A DNA stretch of 64,000 nt from an uncultured Alphaproteobacteria bacterium (GCA_963789405.1 CAWBKL010000003.1:613452-677451); one strand, 5' to 3'; shown: positions 28,672 through 42,986, counted from the first letter of the stretch. Notes: generated by a model not told the origin, from the letters alone. Translations and numbers: made by a program.

Positions 28672-29927
28672 ATGTTCGCCTCTCAACCTCCGTATATGCG
28701 CCAAGTCTACCGGCTCGCTCTTGCGGCGGTGGCTCTGACCTTGATTGCGATCGTTTCGGTGATCATCACGCGCGCACCGACCCGGACGGCGTTCAAGCCC
28801 GAGCCGTATTTCCCTTCGCTGGGCGCCGAGGCGCAACAAATCAAGCGCATCCACATCCAGGATAAGACAGGCAAGACCGATCTCTCCTACGCCAAAGAAA
28901 CCGGCTGGGTGGTGACCGATAAGGATGGCTACAAGGCGCGCACCGACAAGATCCAGGCGCTCATTCAAAATCTGCGTGAGCTTCAACGGTTCGAGAAGCG
29001 CACGTCCGACCCTAAATGGCAGAAGCATTTGCTGCTGACCGATCCGCGCAAAAAGGACGGTGAGGCGACGCTGGTGCAATTGTTCGACGCTCAGGGCAAG
29101 GCGCTGGCCGAGCTTCTGATCGGCGTCAATGCCGATGTCGATCAGGCCGGCGGTAAAGCGCAAATGTTCGTGCGTAAGCCGGGCGACAATCAGGTTTGGC
29201 TGGCGCGCGGGAGCGGGCTTTCCCCGCTTTCGGCCGATGGCGGCAATTGGCTCGATACCTCGATCATCAATGTGCCGAAATCGCGCATCGCACGCGCTGA
29301 GATGGCGCCCGAAGGCGCGCCGGCCTATGCACTCATCCACGCCAAGCCGGATGATGAGAATTTTGCGATTGAGAACATGCCCGCCGGCATGAAGATCAAG
29401 ACCGATTACACGGTTAATAATGTCGGCACTTTCCTGAGCACGCTCAATCTGCGTGATGTGGCGAGCGCCGATCGCATCACCTTCACGGCGGATACGACGT
29501 CGGCAAACTTCTTCACCTTCAATGGCCTTAAGATCCGGGTCGAGACCACAAAGCTCGGCAAAGACACTTGGATAAGGCTGATCTCTTCCACCACGGACAA
29601 GGCGGATGATCAGGCCAAGAAGGAAGCCGCCGATCTCTCGCGCCGGCGCTTTCGCCCTGGGTGTTCCAGATCGAAAGCTGGAAGGCGGATCAGCTCGACA
29701 CCAAGCTCAATTCGCTGATCGAATCCGTGAACGCACCCAAATCGACGCCTGATGCCGAGATCATGACGCCGCCTGCCAAGTCAAAGAGCTCATCGGCGCA
29801 CAGCAACAATAAGGCCGATGTGAAGAGCGAGACCGCCGATAGCAAGATGACGCCGCCAAAGGCTTCGGAGACCAAGCAGCCGGGCAAGCACTCCGACAAC
29901 AAAGCGCCTGCAAAAGCGGCGCAGTAA
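28672..29927 (+). CDS. DUF4340 domain protein (frameshift near 29640)
   Basis: GGAGG RBS before ATG 28672, one N-terminal TM, then YKARTDKI..LI, LLIG, WLDTSII. Typical fourth gene of GldA/F/G operons. Low-complexity K/S/A/P-rich tail. Confidence 0.72.
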
Positions 29928-29928
29928 C

Positions 29929-30984
29929 TAGAGCGGTTTCAGTGAAAGCCGAGTCGGCTGGGATTCCCTGATCTGGCGAATGCTGATTCCTTTTCCTTTG
30001 CGATTCGCGGGAGGAGAGGATGATGGCGCGAGCTTACAGCTTGGATTTGCGGCGGCGGGTTGTGAAAGCAATCGATGGCGGCTTGTCGAGCCGCGAGGCG
30101 GCACGTCGGTTTGCCATCGGGATTGCGACCGCTGGAGCCTGGCACCGGTTGTGGCGCAAGACGGGGGACGTGCGGCCAGGCCACCAAGGTCAACCGAAAC
30201 GCTCTAAGCTCGACGCTCACGAAGACTTCATCCTCGGCCTCGTCGCAGCGACCAAGGACATCGCGCTTGCCGAGATCGCCGAACTCCTGTCAGAGAAACG
30301 CGGCGTCTCGGCGTGCCCGGCGACGATCTGGTACTTCTTCGACAAGCGCGGCTACACGTTCAAAAAAAGACAGCGCACGCGAGCGAGCAACAGCGCGCGG
30401 ACGTAAAAGCTGCGCGGACCGCGTGGTTCGAGGGCCAACTCGATCTTGATCCAGAGAAGCTCGTCTTCATTGACGAGACCGGTGCCTCGACCAAGATGGC
30501 GCGCTTGAGAGGCCGCGCACCAAAAGGCGAGCGCTGTCGCGCCTCGATCCCGCACGGTCATTGGAAGACGACGACCTTCACCGGTGCTCTGCGCCTCAAT
30601 GTCCTGGCCGCGCCCATGATCCTCGACGGGCCGATGTATGGAGCAGCTTTCCTCGCCTACGTTGAGCAGGTTCTCGTTCCGGAACTCAAGCTTGGCGATA
30701 TCGTCGTGATGGACAATCTGCCCGCACACAAAGTGAGGGGCGTGCGAGAGGCGATCGAAGCGGCGGGCGCTGAGCTTCTCTATCTTCCGCCCTACTCACC
30801 TGACTTCAACCCAATCGAAATGGCCTTCTCGAAACTCAAGGCGACCTTACGCAAAGCCGCCGCGCGCACGGTGCCAGATCTCTGGCAGGCTATCGCCGTC
30901 GCAATCGACGCCTTCACGCCAACCGATTGCCAAAACTACTTTGCCGCCGCCGGATATGACCGTGATTAAATTGAATCGGCTCTA
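29929..30984 (+). mobile_element. IS630-family insertion sequence
   Basis: Imperfect terminal inverted repeats CTAGAGCGGTTTCAGT / revcomp CTAGAGCCGATTCAAT, with TA at both ends (29929-30, 30983-84). Inserted just after the DUF4340 stop codon. Confidence 0.92.
30020..30969 (+). CDS. IS630 transposase (orfA+orfB joined by -1 frameshift at A7 run 30362-30368)
   Basis: orf[15 protein letters not shown]. orfB DDE triad VFIDETG / VMDNLPAH / YSPDFNPIE. Confidence 0.92.
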
Positions 30985-31103
30985 GCTCCTGGCGCGTGCT
31001 CGAAGCCTAAAATAAAGAAACGCGCGATCTTCCTTATTTAGATCCAGCGCTAATTAAGATTGCCTAATTAGGGACAACTCCGGACGAGCGCCCTTGCCTG
31101 CCT

Positions 31104-31946
31104 TTAGCGGGGCATGTTGACGATCATGGGATCGGCAAGCGCACCCGGCGGCGGCGCCAGTGGCGCGTTTTGGATCTGATCGACATCACCGGCCCAGGCA
31201 ACGCCGATCACCGGGCCGACCGGTCTTCCTGAGGACCGCGGCATAGCCGAAATGATGGCGGTCGGCGCATCGAGCGTGTGCTCGTACTGTCGCCGTTCGC
31301 CCGACCATTGGCCGAGCCGGACGAAATTCCGACAACATGGGCGTAGCGGCCGAATCGCCCGGCATTTTCGCCGCCGCCGATATGCACGACATCGGCTTGG
31401 CGAACGGGAACAGCCACAGCGTCGCCTTGCCGCGTCCGAGCCGTTGAGCGCGCCGGGCGCTGCGGGCACCTCGACCGAGACTCATCGTCCGTCACGCCGA
31501 TCGGTGAGCGGCACCAGCGATGCGACCATCTCGCGCTCGCCGAGCTTGGCGAAAACATCCGGCGCATCGCCGCCAACCGCGCTGGACAGGCCGTCGATGA
31601 CCATCTGCGGGGTGAAAACGCGGCCCGAACTGTGAGCGCTTGGAGTAGTCCATCTGGCGATGCGATTCGGCGGGATGCGCCAGCGTGTCGTGCCAGCCGA
31701 GATAATCCCAATAGTCGACCGGGAAGGTGAGGGCGAGCACGTCCGGGCGCTCGGCCAGTTCGGCCTGCAGATGATCGGCCGGCGGGCAGGAGGAGCAGCC
31801 TTGGCTGGTGTAGAGCTCGACCAGCACCATGCGCTCGGTCTTTGCCCTGCTGGACATAGGTCTTCTCGGCGACGAGGGCCGTGGGGCCGATGGCGAGCGG
31901 CCGCGAGCCAGATCAGGCCCAGCGCCGCAGATACGCCATGCCTCAA
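31104..31946 (-). CDS. DUF1223 thioredoxin-fold protein (several frameshifts)
   Basis: Signal-like N-terminus, VELYTSQGCSSCPPAD, VDYWDYLGWHD, FTPQMVIDG. Confidence 0.8.
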
Positions 31947-32047
31947 CGCTGATCTTTCGACCGTTCTGCGAACTTGCCATGCGGATAAGCTAGGCTCGGC
32001 TCACGGCGGGCAGCAAATCAAAACAGCTTGATTCAGCGCGCCGCCGT

Positions 32048-34766
<2,719 letters not shown>

Positions 34767-35181
34767 GGGGAGCCCCTCAGCGGAGCGGAACGCCGGTTAG
34801 CAATGCGGGAATGGGGAACCGCGCGAAAGCTTGGCGGGCGATGATTAATGGGTAACTAAAGCTATTAGCGTTCAAGGCGAGCGGGCGAAAGCCGACCTAG
34901 CCCAAAGTTTTCGTTGATCGTCCGTTTGCGTGGGGCGGCCCCTTGTCGCGCTCGCAAACGCTTGTGCCGCGTTATGCCCGCCGGAAGCGGCAGCAAGGGC
35001 GGCGTGCGCCCACGTTTTCAACGCTCGTGCGGGAAGGCGCATAATCGATGAACGAATGACGGCTTGCGGCGGCAAGAGCATTGCGATGCGCGAGATAATG
35101 GAGCAAAGGGGTCTGCCACAATTTTTGAAAAACAAGTAGATGTGGTCGACCTCTTGCGGCCCCCAAGCAGTAGTGGAAGCC

Positions 35182-35814
35182 ATGGCTGTCACGCTTGAAG
35201 CCTTAGACCTCGCCTGCATGCGGGGCGGCGCGCCGGTCTTTGCGGGGGTGAGTTTCCAGCTCGAGGGCGGCAGCGCCATGGCCGTGCGCGGACCTAATGG
35301 CAGCGGCAAGTCGAGCCTGTTGCGCCTCATGGGCGGTTTGATCCGGCCGGAGCGCGGTACAATCGCGCTCGATCTTGGCGAGGGGCCGATGCCGATCGAT
35401 GAGCTGGCGAAGCATTCCCATCTCATCGGTCACAAAGCCGGCATCACCGATGCCATGAGCGCTATCGCCAATTTGCGCTTTCAAACCGGTCTTCTTGGTG
35501 GGGATTTAGCGCTCGTTGGGCCCGCGCTCGAGCGTCTCGGGCTTGGAGCCCTGGCGCATCAGCGCGCAGCGACGCTCTCCGCCGGGCAGCGCCGGCGTCT
35601 GTCACTTGCGCGGCTGATCACAACGCCGCGGCGGTTGTGGCTGCTCGATGAGCCGATGGAATCGCTTGATGCTGCAGGTGAGGCGCTGGTGCAGACAATG
35701 CTCGTGGAGCACTGCGCTTCGGGCGGTATTGCGCTGATCGCAACTCATGGCGCGGCACCGCGTGCGGCGCGCCTCGAGCTTTCCTTGGAGCCACCTGAAC
35801 GGGTTGCCGCATGA
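35182..35814 (+). CDS. ccmA: Heme ABC exporter ATP-binding protein
   Basis: GPNGSGKSS, LIGHK, LSAGQRRRLSLARL, LWLLDEP. First gene of the ccm operon. Confidence 0.92.
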   Translation: MAVTLEALDLACMRGGAPVFAGVSFQLEGGSAMAVRGPNGSGKSSLLRLMGGLIRPERGTIALDLGEGPMPIDELAKHSHLIGHKAGITDAMSAIANLRFQTGLLGGDLALVGPALERLGLGALAHQRAATLSAGQRRRLSLARLITTPRRLWLLDEPMESLDAAGEALVQTMLVEHCASGGIALIATHGAAPRAARLELSLEPPERVAA

Positions 35815-36488
35815 GCGGCCATCCGCTTCCGGCATTGCTCAGCCGCGACCTGATGCTCGCGTTCCGTACGGGTGGTGCCGGGCTCTCGATCGCGTTCTTC
35901 ATACTCGTGATTGTGCTGTTGCCGTTTGCTGCCGGTACCGATCCGGCATTGATGAAACGCATCGGGCCAGGCGTCATCTGGATCGCGGCATTGCTGGCGG
36001 TGCTTTTGTCGCTCGAGCGTGTGTTCCAGGCCGACCTCGAGGCCGGGGTTCTCGACCTTCTTGCAGCATCGCCCGCCGCGTTCGAGCTTCTCACCCTTGC
36101 CAAGGCGATTGCGCATTGGCTGGCGATCGGCTTGCCGCTCACGCTGCTTGCGATGGTTGCGGGCTCAATGCTTGGGCTGTCGAGCGACGCCAATCTGATG
36201 CTCGCTCTCACACTTTTGATCGGCACGCCGGGGCTAAGCTTTACCGGCGCGATCGCCGGCGCACTGACGGCGGGCGTCCGCCGCGGCTCTCTCCTCCTGA
36301 CGCTCTTGGTTCTGCCGCTCTACGCGCCCTTCGTAATCTTTGGTGCTGGCGCGGCCACGCTCGCGGCCAATCCCGTGCCGCCGCAGACGCCCTTTCCGGC
36401 GCTGTTGCTGCTGGGCGCGTGCAGCCTGATTTCTGCCGTCTCTGCGCTGGTGCTAATGCCCAGCGCCGTCAAGTCGCAGCTCGATTGA
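35811..36488 (+). CDS. ccmB: Heme exporter protein B
   Basis: PGVIWIAALLA, FQADLEAG, AHWL, LVLPLYAP. Confidence 0.93.
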   Translation: MSGHPLPALLSRDLMLAFRTGGAGLSIAFFILVIVLLPFAAGTDPALMKRIGPGVIWIAALLAVLLSLERVFQADLEAGVLDLLAASPAAFELLTLAKAIAHWLAIGLPLTLLAMVAGSMLGLSSDANLMLALTLLIGTPGLSFTGAIAGALTAGVRRGSLLLTLLVLPLYAPFVIFGAGAATLAANPVPPQTPFPALLLLGACSLISAVSALVLMPSAVKSQLD

Positions 36489-36530
36489 GACCCTTGCCCC
36501 CATCGCCCTCAAGGACCACCATCCCGCCCC

Positions 36531-37280
36531 ATGTTGACGCTCGCGAACCCGGCAAAGTTCATGGCCCTTACGGCGCGGCTATTGCCGTGGCTGCTTGGCG
36601 CAACAGTGCTGCTGTTCGCCGTGGGGCTTCCGCTTAGTCTGGTGTTCTCGCCGCCCGACTATCAGCAAGGCGAGGCCGTGCGCATCATGTATATCCATGT
36701 GCCGGCGGCTTTCCTCGCGATGGGGGCCTATGCGGTGATGGCTGTCGCCGCGTTCTTTCATCTGGTCTGGCGTGCGCCGCTTGCCGATATCTGCGCCGAT
36801 GCAGCCGCGCCGATGGGATTGGTGTTCACGGGCATCGCGCTTGCCACCGGTATGCTGTGGGGCAAGCCGATGTGGGGCGCCTATTGGGTGTGGGATGCAC
36901 GCCTCACCTCGGTGCTCGTCCTGTTCTTCATCTATCTCGGTGTGATCGCGCTCAGGCAGTCGATCGAGGATGAAGCCAAAGCGGCGCGGGCGACCGCGAT
37001 CTTGACGCTCGTCGGCACGGTCAATATGCCGATCATCCATTTCTCGGTCTATTGGTGGCACACGCTGCATCAGCCTTCGAGCCTGTTCCATAAAGGCGGC
37101 CCGACGATTGCCGGCTCGATGCTTCTGCCGCTCCTTGTCATGATCTGCGCATATGGAATGCTGTTCGCGGCGTCTTTGATTCTCAGAATGCGCACAATGA
37201 TCATCCGTAGGCGCATCAAGTCCGGAGCGCAGCGTGAAGGCTCGCGCGGCGTTGTCCGGGAGGCGGGTGCGCATGCTTGA
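36531..37280 (+). CDS. ccmC: Heme exporter protein C
   Basis: IMYIHVPAA, WGKPMWGAYWVWDARLTS (WWD motif), WWHTLHQ. Confidence 0.96.
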   Translation: MLTLANPAKFMALTARLLPWLLGATVLLFAVGLPLSLVFSPPDYQQGEAVRIMYIHVPAAFLAMGAYAVMAVAAFFHLVWRAPLADICADAAAPMGLVFTGIALATGMLWGKPMWGAYWVWDARLTSVLVLFFIYLGVIALRQSIEDEAKAARATAILTLVGTVNMPIIHFSVYWWHTLHQPSSLFHKGGPTIAGSMLLPLLVMICAYGMLFAASLILRMRTMIIRRRIKSGAQREGSRGVVREAGAHA

Positions 37281-37431
37281 GTGGCTTCAGATGGGCGGCT
37301 ATGCGGTGTTTGTCTGGCCGGCTTACGCGATCGCGCTGTTGGGGCTCGCCGGCGTCTTGGTTTCCGCGCTAAGGGCGCACGCCCGCGCCTTGCGCGCACT
37401 CAAGGCACAAGGCGGCGACGGCGAGGCATGA
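37273..37431 (+). CDS. ccmD: Heme exporter protein D
   Basis: MGGYAVFVWPAY; 52-aa protein between ccmC and ccmG. Confidence 0.9.
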   Translation: MLEWLQMGGYAVFVWPAYAIALLGLAGVLVSALRAHARALRALKAQGGDGEA

Positions 37432-37930
37432 GCGCAGTTTCATCGCGGCTCCTCGCTTTTGCGCCGCTGATTGTTCTCGTGGCGGCGGGAGCCATTTTCA
37501 GCTTCGCCGTCTTCAGCGGGGCGCCCACGCGGCCATCCGCGCTGGTCGGGCGGATGTCGCCGCCATTGACGTTGAGCGCGCTCGACGGTGTAGGCGTGCC
37601 TGAGCTAACAGCGAATGATCTTCGCCGGCCACACGACACTCGTCAATTTCTTCGCAAGCTGGTGCGCGCCCTGCCGCGTCGAGCATGAGGAGCTGATGAA
37701 GCTATCCTTGCGCAAAGATCTCACGCTTGTGGGGATTGCTTACAAGGACAACGCGGCCGAAGCGCGCTCGTTTCTCGAGCATATGGGCAATCCCTATTCA
37801 CCGCGTCGGCCTCGATCCCAAAGGCCGGACGGCTTTCGATTGGGGCATATCGGGCGTTCCTGAGACATTTCGTCGTCGGACCCGGCGGGCGCATTCTTGC
37901 GCACAAGAAGGTCCGCTCACGGAGGAGTAG
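37428..37930 (+). CDS. ccmG: Thiol:disulfide interchange protein CcmG/DsbE (frameshifted; end approximate)
   Basis: VNFFASWCAPCRVEH, GIAYKD, WGISGVPETF in three frames. Confidence 0.88.
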
Positions 37931-38038
37931 GAACAATGCAAGCTCGGCCTATTGAGCCGTGGGTAGGCTGGCGGCGCGTTATTGCGCTTGCCGCGCTTGG
38001 CTTTGCTGCCTTCTTGGCGCTTTGCCGGTTTCGCCGGC

Positions 38039-38469
38039 TCATCCGGGCCGCTGGCTTCGGCGATCAGCGTAAGCGATTTGAGAAGTCGGCACGTTTGCCC
38101 GAGGGAAGCGGGGAGAGGACCTTGTCTTCAGCCTTCTTGACGCGGCCAAGACCGTTGCAAGGCGCGTTTGCCGGAGCCCGTGATCGAGACGGAATTGGCG
38201 CGGCATCGCATCCGTACGGCGGCGGCGGAGCAGATCTTTCTTCAACATCCGGCCGATCATGTCCGCCAGTGTCGAACGATCAATGCCCGTCATGTTGACG
38301 AGATCGGTTTGGCTGAGACCTTCATCCTCCTCGACTGTCAGGAGCACCGCAAATTGCCGTGCGGTCAACACATCTCGCCGACCTCGTTCGCATATACATC
38401 GTTGGCGTATTGCGTTGCGCGGCGCAACAGATGCGCAGGCGAGTTGTCGAGATTGAAGCCTTTGGCCAT
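38039..38469 (-). CDS. MarR family transcriptional regulator (frameshifted; end approximate)
   Basis: SPAHLLRRATQ, LTARQFAVL, GLSQTDLVNMTGIDRSTLADMIGRM. Confidence 0.82.
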
Positions 38470-38750
38470 TGGTTCCTCTAAGGTTCTTTGAGCCGTGCTC
38501 CGCGGCCGCATTCGAGGCGAGCAGAGAGAAATCCCCAACAACTCGCGCGGACACCGCCGGAAATAGATAGTGGTTCTCCGCATACACCATATTTTCGGGT
38601 CGGGAGTCGAGTTTCTTAAGATCCTTTCGGTGATGAGCCGCGCTCGGAGTTGGCGCATGTTGACGCATCCCAAATCGCAACCGTCAAGCGGTGAATAGGG
38701 CGCGTGCGGACGAATGCCGTCCGTAGGCGAATCTTATCCTGCGGCGATTG

Positions 38751-39414
38751 CTAGGCCGGGTGCTCTGCTGGTTTTGTGGGCTCTGCCGAATTATTGGGCG
38801 TGGGCGGCGCGATGTGGTAGCGGGTCACGAACATCATTTGCCATGACCGTGAAGACGAAAGTGAGAGCGGTCATGCCCGACACTTTGTAAGTCATCCAGA
38901 AATCGAGTCGGAAGCTTGCGCCAGATCAATTTCATTGAGGATGGCGGCGACAATGAAAAACAGCCCAAAGCGCAGCGTCAACATGCGCCAGCCTTGATCC
39001 GTGAGGTGCAATTGGCCGACGGAAAATATGCTTGATAAATGGTCTGCGCAGGGCCCAACCGGCCAGCAGCGATCACCGCGAAAATGACATAGATGATCGT
39101 GGGCTTGATCTTGATGAAACGGGGATCATGCAGGGCGAGCGTGAGCCCGCCGAACACCAAGCACATGCCGTGCCGTTATCAGCGGGACTAAATGGATCTT
39201 CTTCGCTCGATCAGATAGTGCGATGGAGCGAGCAAGCGTTGTTGCAATAAATGATGCCGGTCGCCCACATGATTGCGGGCTGTGGCGGCTGGCCATGCGG
39301 CGCGCGGATAGATTTTTCCAACCACGAAATAGGTGACGAGAAGATGATGACCGGACCGAGATCGAGATAGGTCTTTAAGGACAGGCGATTCGGCTGTTTG
39401 GGTGGCTCGGCCAT
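38751..39414 (-). CDS. ispZ: Intracellular septation protein A (YciB/IspZ; many indels)
   Basis: [48 protein letters not shown]. Follows ftsY. Confidence 0.82.
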
Positions 39415-40846
39415 TTATTGGTCTCCTTACGCACTTCATCCAGCCCGGCGAGCGCGCGCGCAAACAGTTTCGCATCGAAGGGCTGTAAATCCTCTACCGC
39501 CTCGCCCACACCGATCGCATAGAATCGGCAGGCCGAATTTTTCGGTGAGCGGCACAAGGATGCCTCCGCGCGCCGTGCCATCGAGCTTGGTCATGATGAG
39601 GCCGGTCACGCCGGCCACCTTCTGGAACGCTTCGACTTGGGTGATCGCGTTCTGCCCGGTCGTGGCATCAAGCACTTGGATCACGGAGTGGGGCGCGGTC
39701 GGATCGAGCTTCTTGATCACGCGATTGATCTTCTCAAGCTCCGCCATCAGCCCGGCTTTGTTTTGCAGCCGTCCGGCCGTGTCGATGAGAAGAACATCGA
39801 TGTTTTCGGTCTTGGCCTTTTCCAGTGCCTCGAAGGCAAGGCCGGCCGCATCGGCGCCGACATCCTTGGCGATCACGGGCGCGCCCGTGCGTTCGCCCCA
39901 AATCTTGAGCTGATCGATGGCGGCGGCACGAAACGTATCGCCGGCCGCGATCATCACGCTCTTGCCTTGAGCCTTCAGCTGGTGCGTTAGTTTGCCGATC
40001 GTCGTTGTCTTGCCGGTGCCATTGACCCCGACGACGAGCACGACATGTGGCTTGTGTCCATCATCGGTTTCGAATGCAGCTTGCGCCGGCATCAGCACCT
40101 TCTCCACCTCGCTTGCGAGCAATGTCTTGAACTGATCGAGCGTGGCGCCACCATCCAGCTTGGTGTCGCGCAGCGAGTTGACGATGCGCTCCGCTGTCGG
40201 CACACCGAGATCGGCAGTGATAAGCAGATCTTCGATCTCCTGGATTTGATCTTCGTCGAGCTTACGAGCCTGAAAGAGCGACGCGATGTTGCCGGTGAGC
40301 GAATTCGGCTGAGCGCGTCAGGCCGCGCTTGAGCCGCGTGAAGAAGCTCTCCTTTGGCGCTGCGGGTGCAATTTCGGCCGGTGGAGCAGGGCGCTCTTCA
40401 ACCGCGATTGGCTGTGGTGCCGGTTCTGGCTGTGGCTCTGCAACCGGCTCCTTGGCCCCGTTTGGCTCCGGCTCGACGGGCGAGATGGGTGTCTCAGGTT
40501 GTGGCGCTGCTGTCGGCTCGGCCGGCGGCGGAAGAGTTTCGCGGGCCGTTACCGGCTGCGTTTCCGCTGGCGGAGCTATAGGCGGCGCGCTTATCGCCGG
40601 TTTGGGAGCGGGCGTACTGGGCGTCGGCGCTTCGGGCGCCTTGGCGATGCTGGGTTCTGCTTCCGGCTTTCGCAGCGCGGGCGCGGGTGCTGAGATCGGT
40701 TTGGTGGCGGGAGCAGGAGTGGGCTTGAGAGGCGCCCGCCAAGCGTCGAGCCAGCCGATCAGGCTTTCATGCTTCGCCGCTTTGTTGCGCGCGAAAAGCG
40801 GCCACCAGGCGCGTTTCTTGTCTCCGCTAAAGTTTCTTGCGTCCAC
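39415..40846 (-). CDS. ftsY: Signal recognition particle receptor FtsY (frameshifted; 3' end approximate)
   Basis: P/A/E-rich N-terminus, GVNGTGKTTT, DTFRAAA, DTAGR, DATTGQN, TKLDGTARGG, AIGVGE. Confidence 0.93.
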
Positions 40847-40860
40847 GCGTGCACTCTCTC

Positions 40861-42132
40861 TCAGATGGCTTCGGCGAGGAGACAGTCTTCTCTATGCCCG
40901 GTTATACGCGCGCGGACCAGTGCTCCGGATTGCATCGAGGCGGCGAGCCGTGTGGGCGTGAAATTGGGCGTGCGCCCAAAATTATCGCGCTCCATGAGCA
41001 GCACCGTCTCTTGGCCAAGCTGCCGGCGCGCAAGATGTGCCTCAAACCGCGCTGCGGCCCGCGCGCGCAATGTTTGCGCACGGGCCTTGACGATATCGCG
41101 CGGCGTTTGGGGCATGCGCGCAGCCGGCGTGCCGGCCTTGGCCGAAAATGGGAATACATGTGCGAAGGCGATGTCGCATTCGTCGATCAGCCGCGCGGTG
41201 TTCTCGAACATTTCATCGGTTTCGGTCGGGAAGCCCGCAATGAGATCGGCGCCGAATGCGATCTCGGCGCGGTGCGCGCGCAGGCGCTCACACAGGGCGA
41301 TGACATCGGCGCGCAAATGGCGGCGCTTCATGCGCTTCAAAATCATGTCGTCGCCCGCCTGGATCGAAAGATGCAGATGCGGCATCAGGCGCTCTTCGGT
41401 TTCGATCAGCGCCATCAGCTCATCATCGATCTCGACCGGGTCGATGGAGGAAAGTCTCAGCCGTGCAAGATTTGGGACGCCCTTGAGGATTTGCTTCACC
41501 AGCCGGCCGAGCCTTGGCGTGCCGGGTAGATCGGCGCCCCATGAGGTCATGTCGACGCCGGTGAGCACGATCTCGCTATAGCCCGCCTCTTGGAGCTGCC
41601 GGATTTGCATGACGACTTCGCCGGCCGGAACGCTGCGCGATGGGCCGCGGCCATAAGGGATGATGCAAAAGGTACAGCGATGATCGCAGCCGTTCTGCAC
41701 TTGCACATAGGCGCGCGCGCGGTCGGAAAAGCCATCAATCAGATGCGCGGCGGTTTCCCTCACCGACATGATGTCGTTGACGGCGATTTGTTCCGTAAGC
41801 GGATTAAGCGCATCGCGCCAGGTCGCCGCTTGCAGCTTCTCTTGGTTGCCGATCACGCGCGCAACGCCGGGAAGCGCGGCAAAGCGCTCGGGCTCGATCT
41901 GCGCAGCGCAGCCGGTGACGATGATCTTTGTTTCCGGCTGCTCGCGCGCAATCTTGCGGATTGTCTGGCGAGCTTGACGCGTTGCTTCATTCGTCACCGC
42001 ACAGGTGTTGACGATGACGGCGCCTTCAAGGCCCGCTTCACCGCTAAGGCGACGCATCACCTCCGACTCATAGCTATTGAGCCGGCAACCGAATGTGACG
42101 ATATCGGGTGCAGCACGCTCCGGAGTGCTCAT
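40861..42132 (-). CDS. mtaB: tRNA t6A37 methylthiotransferase
   Basis: TFGCRLNSYES, NTCAVT, CDHRCTFC, GADLIAGFP. Confidence 0.93.
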   Translation of the reverse strand: MSTPERAAPDIVTFGCRLNSYESEVMRRLSGEAGLEGAVIVNTCAVTNEATRQARQTIRKIAREQPETKIIVTGCAAQIEPERFAALPGVARVIGNQEKLQAATWRDALNPLTEQIAVNDIMSVRETAAHLIDGFSDRARAYVQVQNGCDHRCTFCIIPYGRGPSRSVPAGEVVMQIRQLQEAGYSEIVLTGVDMTSWGADLPGTPRLGRLVKQILKGVPNLARLRLSSIDPVEIDDELMALIETEERLMPHLHLSIQAGDDMILKRMKRRHLRADVIALCERLRAHRAEIAFGADLIAGFPTETDEMFENTARLIDECDIAFAHVFPFSAKAGTPAARMPQTPRDIVKARAQTLRARAAARFEAHLARRQLGQETVLLMERDNFGRTPNFTPTRLAASMQSGALVRARITGHREDCLLAEAI

Positions 42133-42986
42133 GCGGCGCCCCCCGAATAAAGCTCGGGGTCGAACTCGCCGATAAAACTCAACGCCGCTGGGCCGGTCAT
42201 GACGATGTGGTCGTCTTCATCGCGCCATTCGATGTCAAGCACACCGCCATCAAGCTCGATCTCGGCGTGACGATCGGCCAGGTTACGCCGTGCAGCGGCT
42301 GCAAGCACGGCGCAAGCGGCCGTGCCGCAAGCGCCGGTGATGCCGGCGCCGCGCTCCCAAACGCGCACGCGGATTTTGTTCCGTGAACGGATCTCGGCAA
42401 GGCTTACATTGCAGCGCTCGGGGAACAGTGGATGATTCTCGACCAGCGGGCCGATTTGATCGAGATCGAAGGCATCGGCTCTGTCGACCCAGAAGATGCA
42501 ATGCGGATTGCCCATGCTTACGGCCGATGGCTGCTTGAGGATCGGATCGTCGATCGGGCCGATTTGCACTTCGAGCGTACGCGTGTCCATGCGCTCAGCG
42601 AGCGGAATATCCTTCCAGTCGAAGCGCGGCGGGCCCATATCGACCGAGACATCCGCGCCACCGGCAAATCTGCCGATCAAGACCCCGGCGTTCGAGCGCA
42701 TCTTCACCAGCGGCTTGCCAGTCTCCTCGACGATGAGGCGCGCAACGCAGCGCGTGCCATTGCCGCAGGCCGAGATCTCGCCGCCATCGGCGTTGTAGAA
42801 GCGCACGAAGGCGTCATCTCCGCCACGCGGCGGATCGATAATAATGAGCTGATCGAAGCCGATGCCGCGCCGCCGATCGGCAAGCGCTCTAATCGCCTCC
42901 GGACCGATGGAAAACAGCTCATTTCGGGCATCGATCACGACGAAATCATTGCCGAGACCATGCATCTTCTTGAAAGCTCTGCCCAT
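42129..42986 (-). CDS. dapF: Diaminopimelate epimerase
   Basis: KMHGLGNDF, CGNGTRC, SMGNPH, RVWERG, ACGTAAC. Confidence 0.97.
   Translation of the reverse strand: MGRAFKKMHGLGNDFVVIDARNELFSIGPEAIRALADRRRGIGFDQLIIIDPPRGGDDAFVRFYNADGGEISACGNGTRCVARLIVEETGKPLVKMRSNAGVLIGRFAGGADVSVDMGPPRFDWKDIPLAERMDTRTLEVQIGPIDDPILKQPSAVSMGNPHCIFWVDRADAFDLDQIGPLVENHPLFPERCNVSLAEIRSRNKIRVRVWERGAGITGACGTAACAVLAAAARRNLADRHAEIELDGGVLDIEWRDEDDHIVMTGPAALSFIGEFDPELYSGGAA

Noticed and set aside
28525-29718. Novel GldG-DUF4340 fusion protein suggested by the ORF track
   Set aside because: Removing one G from the G run near 28660-28663 restores a TGA just before ATG 28672, which has its own GGAGG RBS. It is most likely a homopolymer error.
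34872-35140. Small gene between acnA and ccmA
   Set aside because: ORFs exist on both strands but have no clear RBS or family motif, so I cannot support a call.
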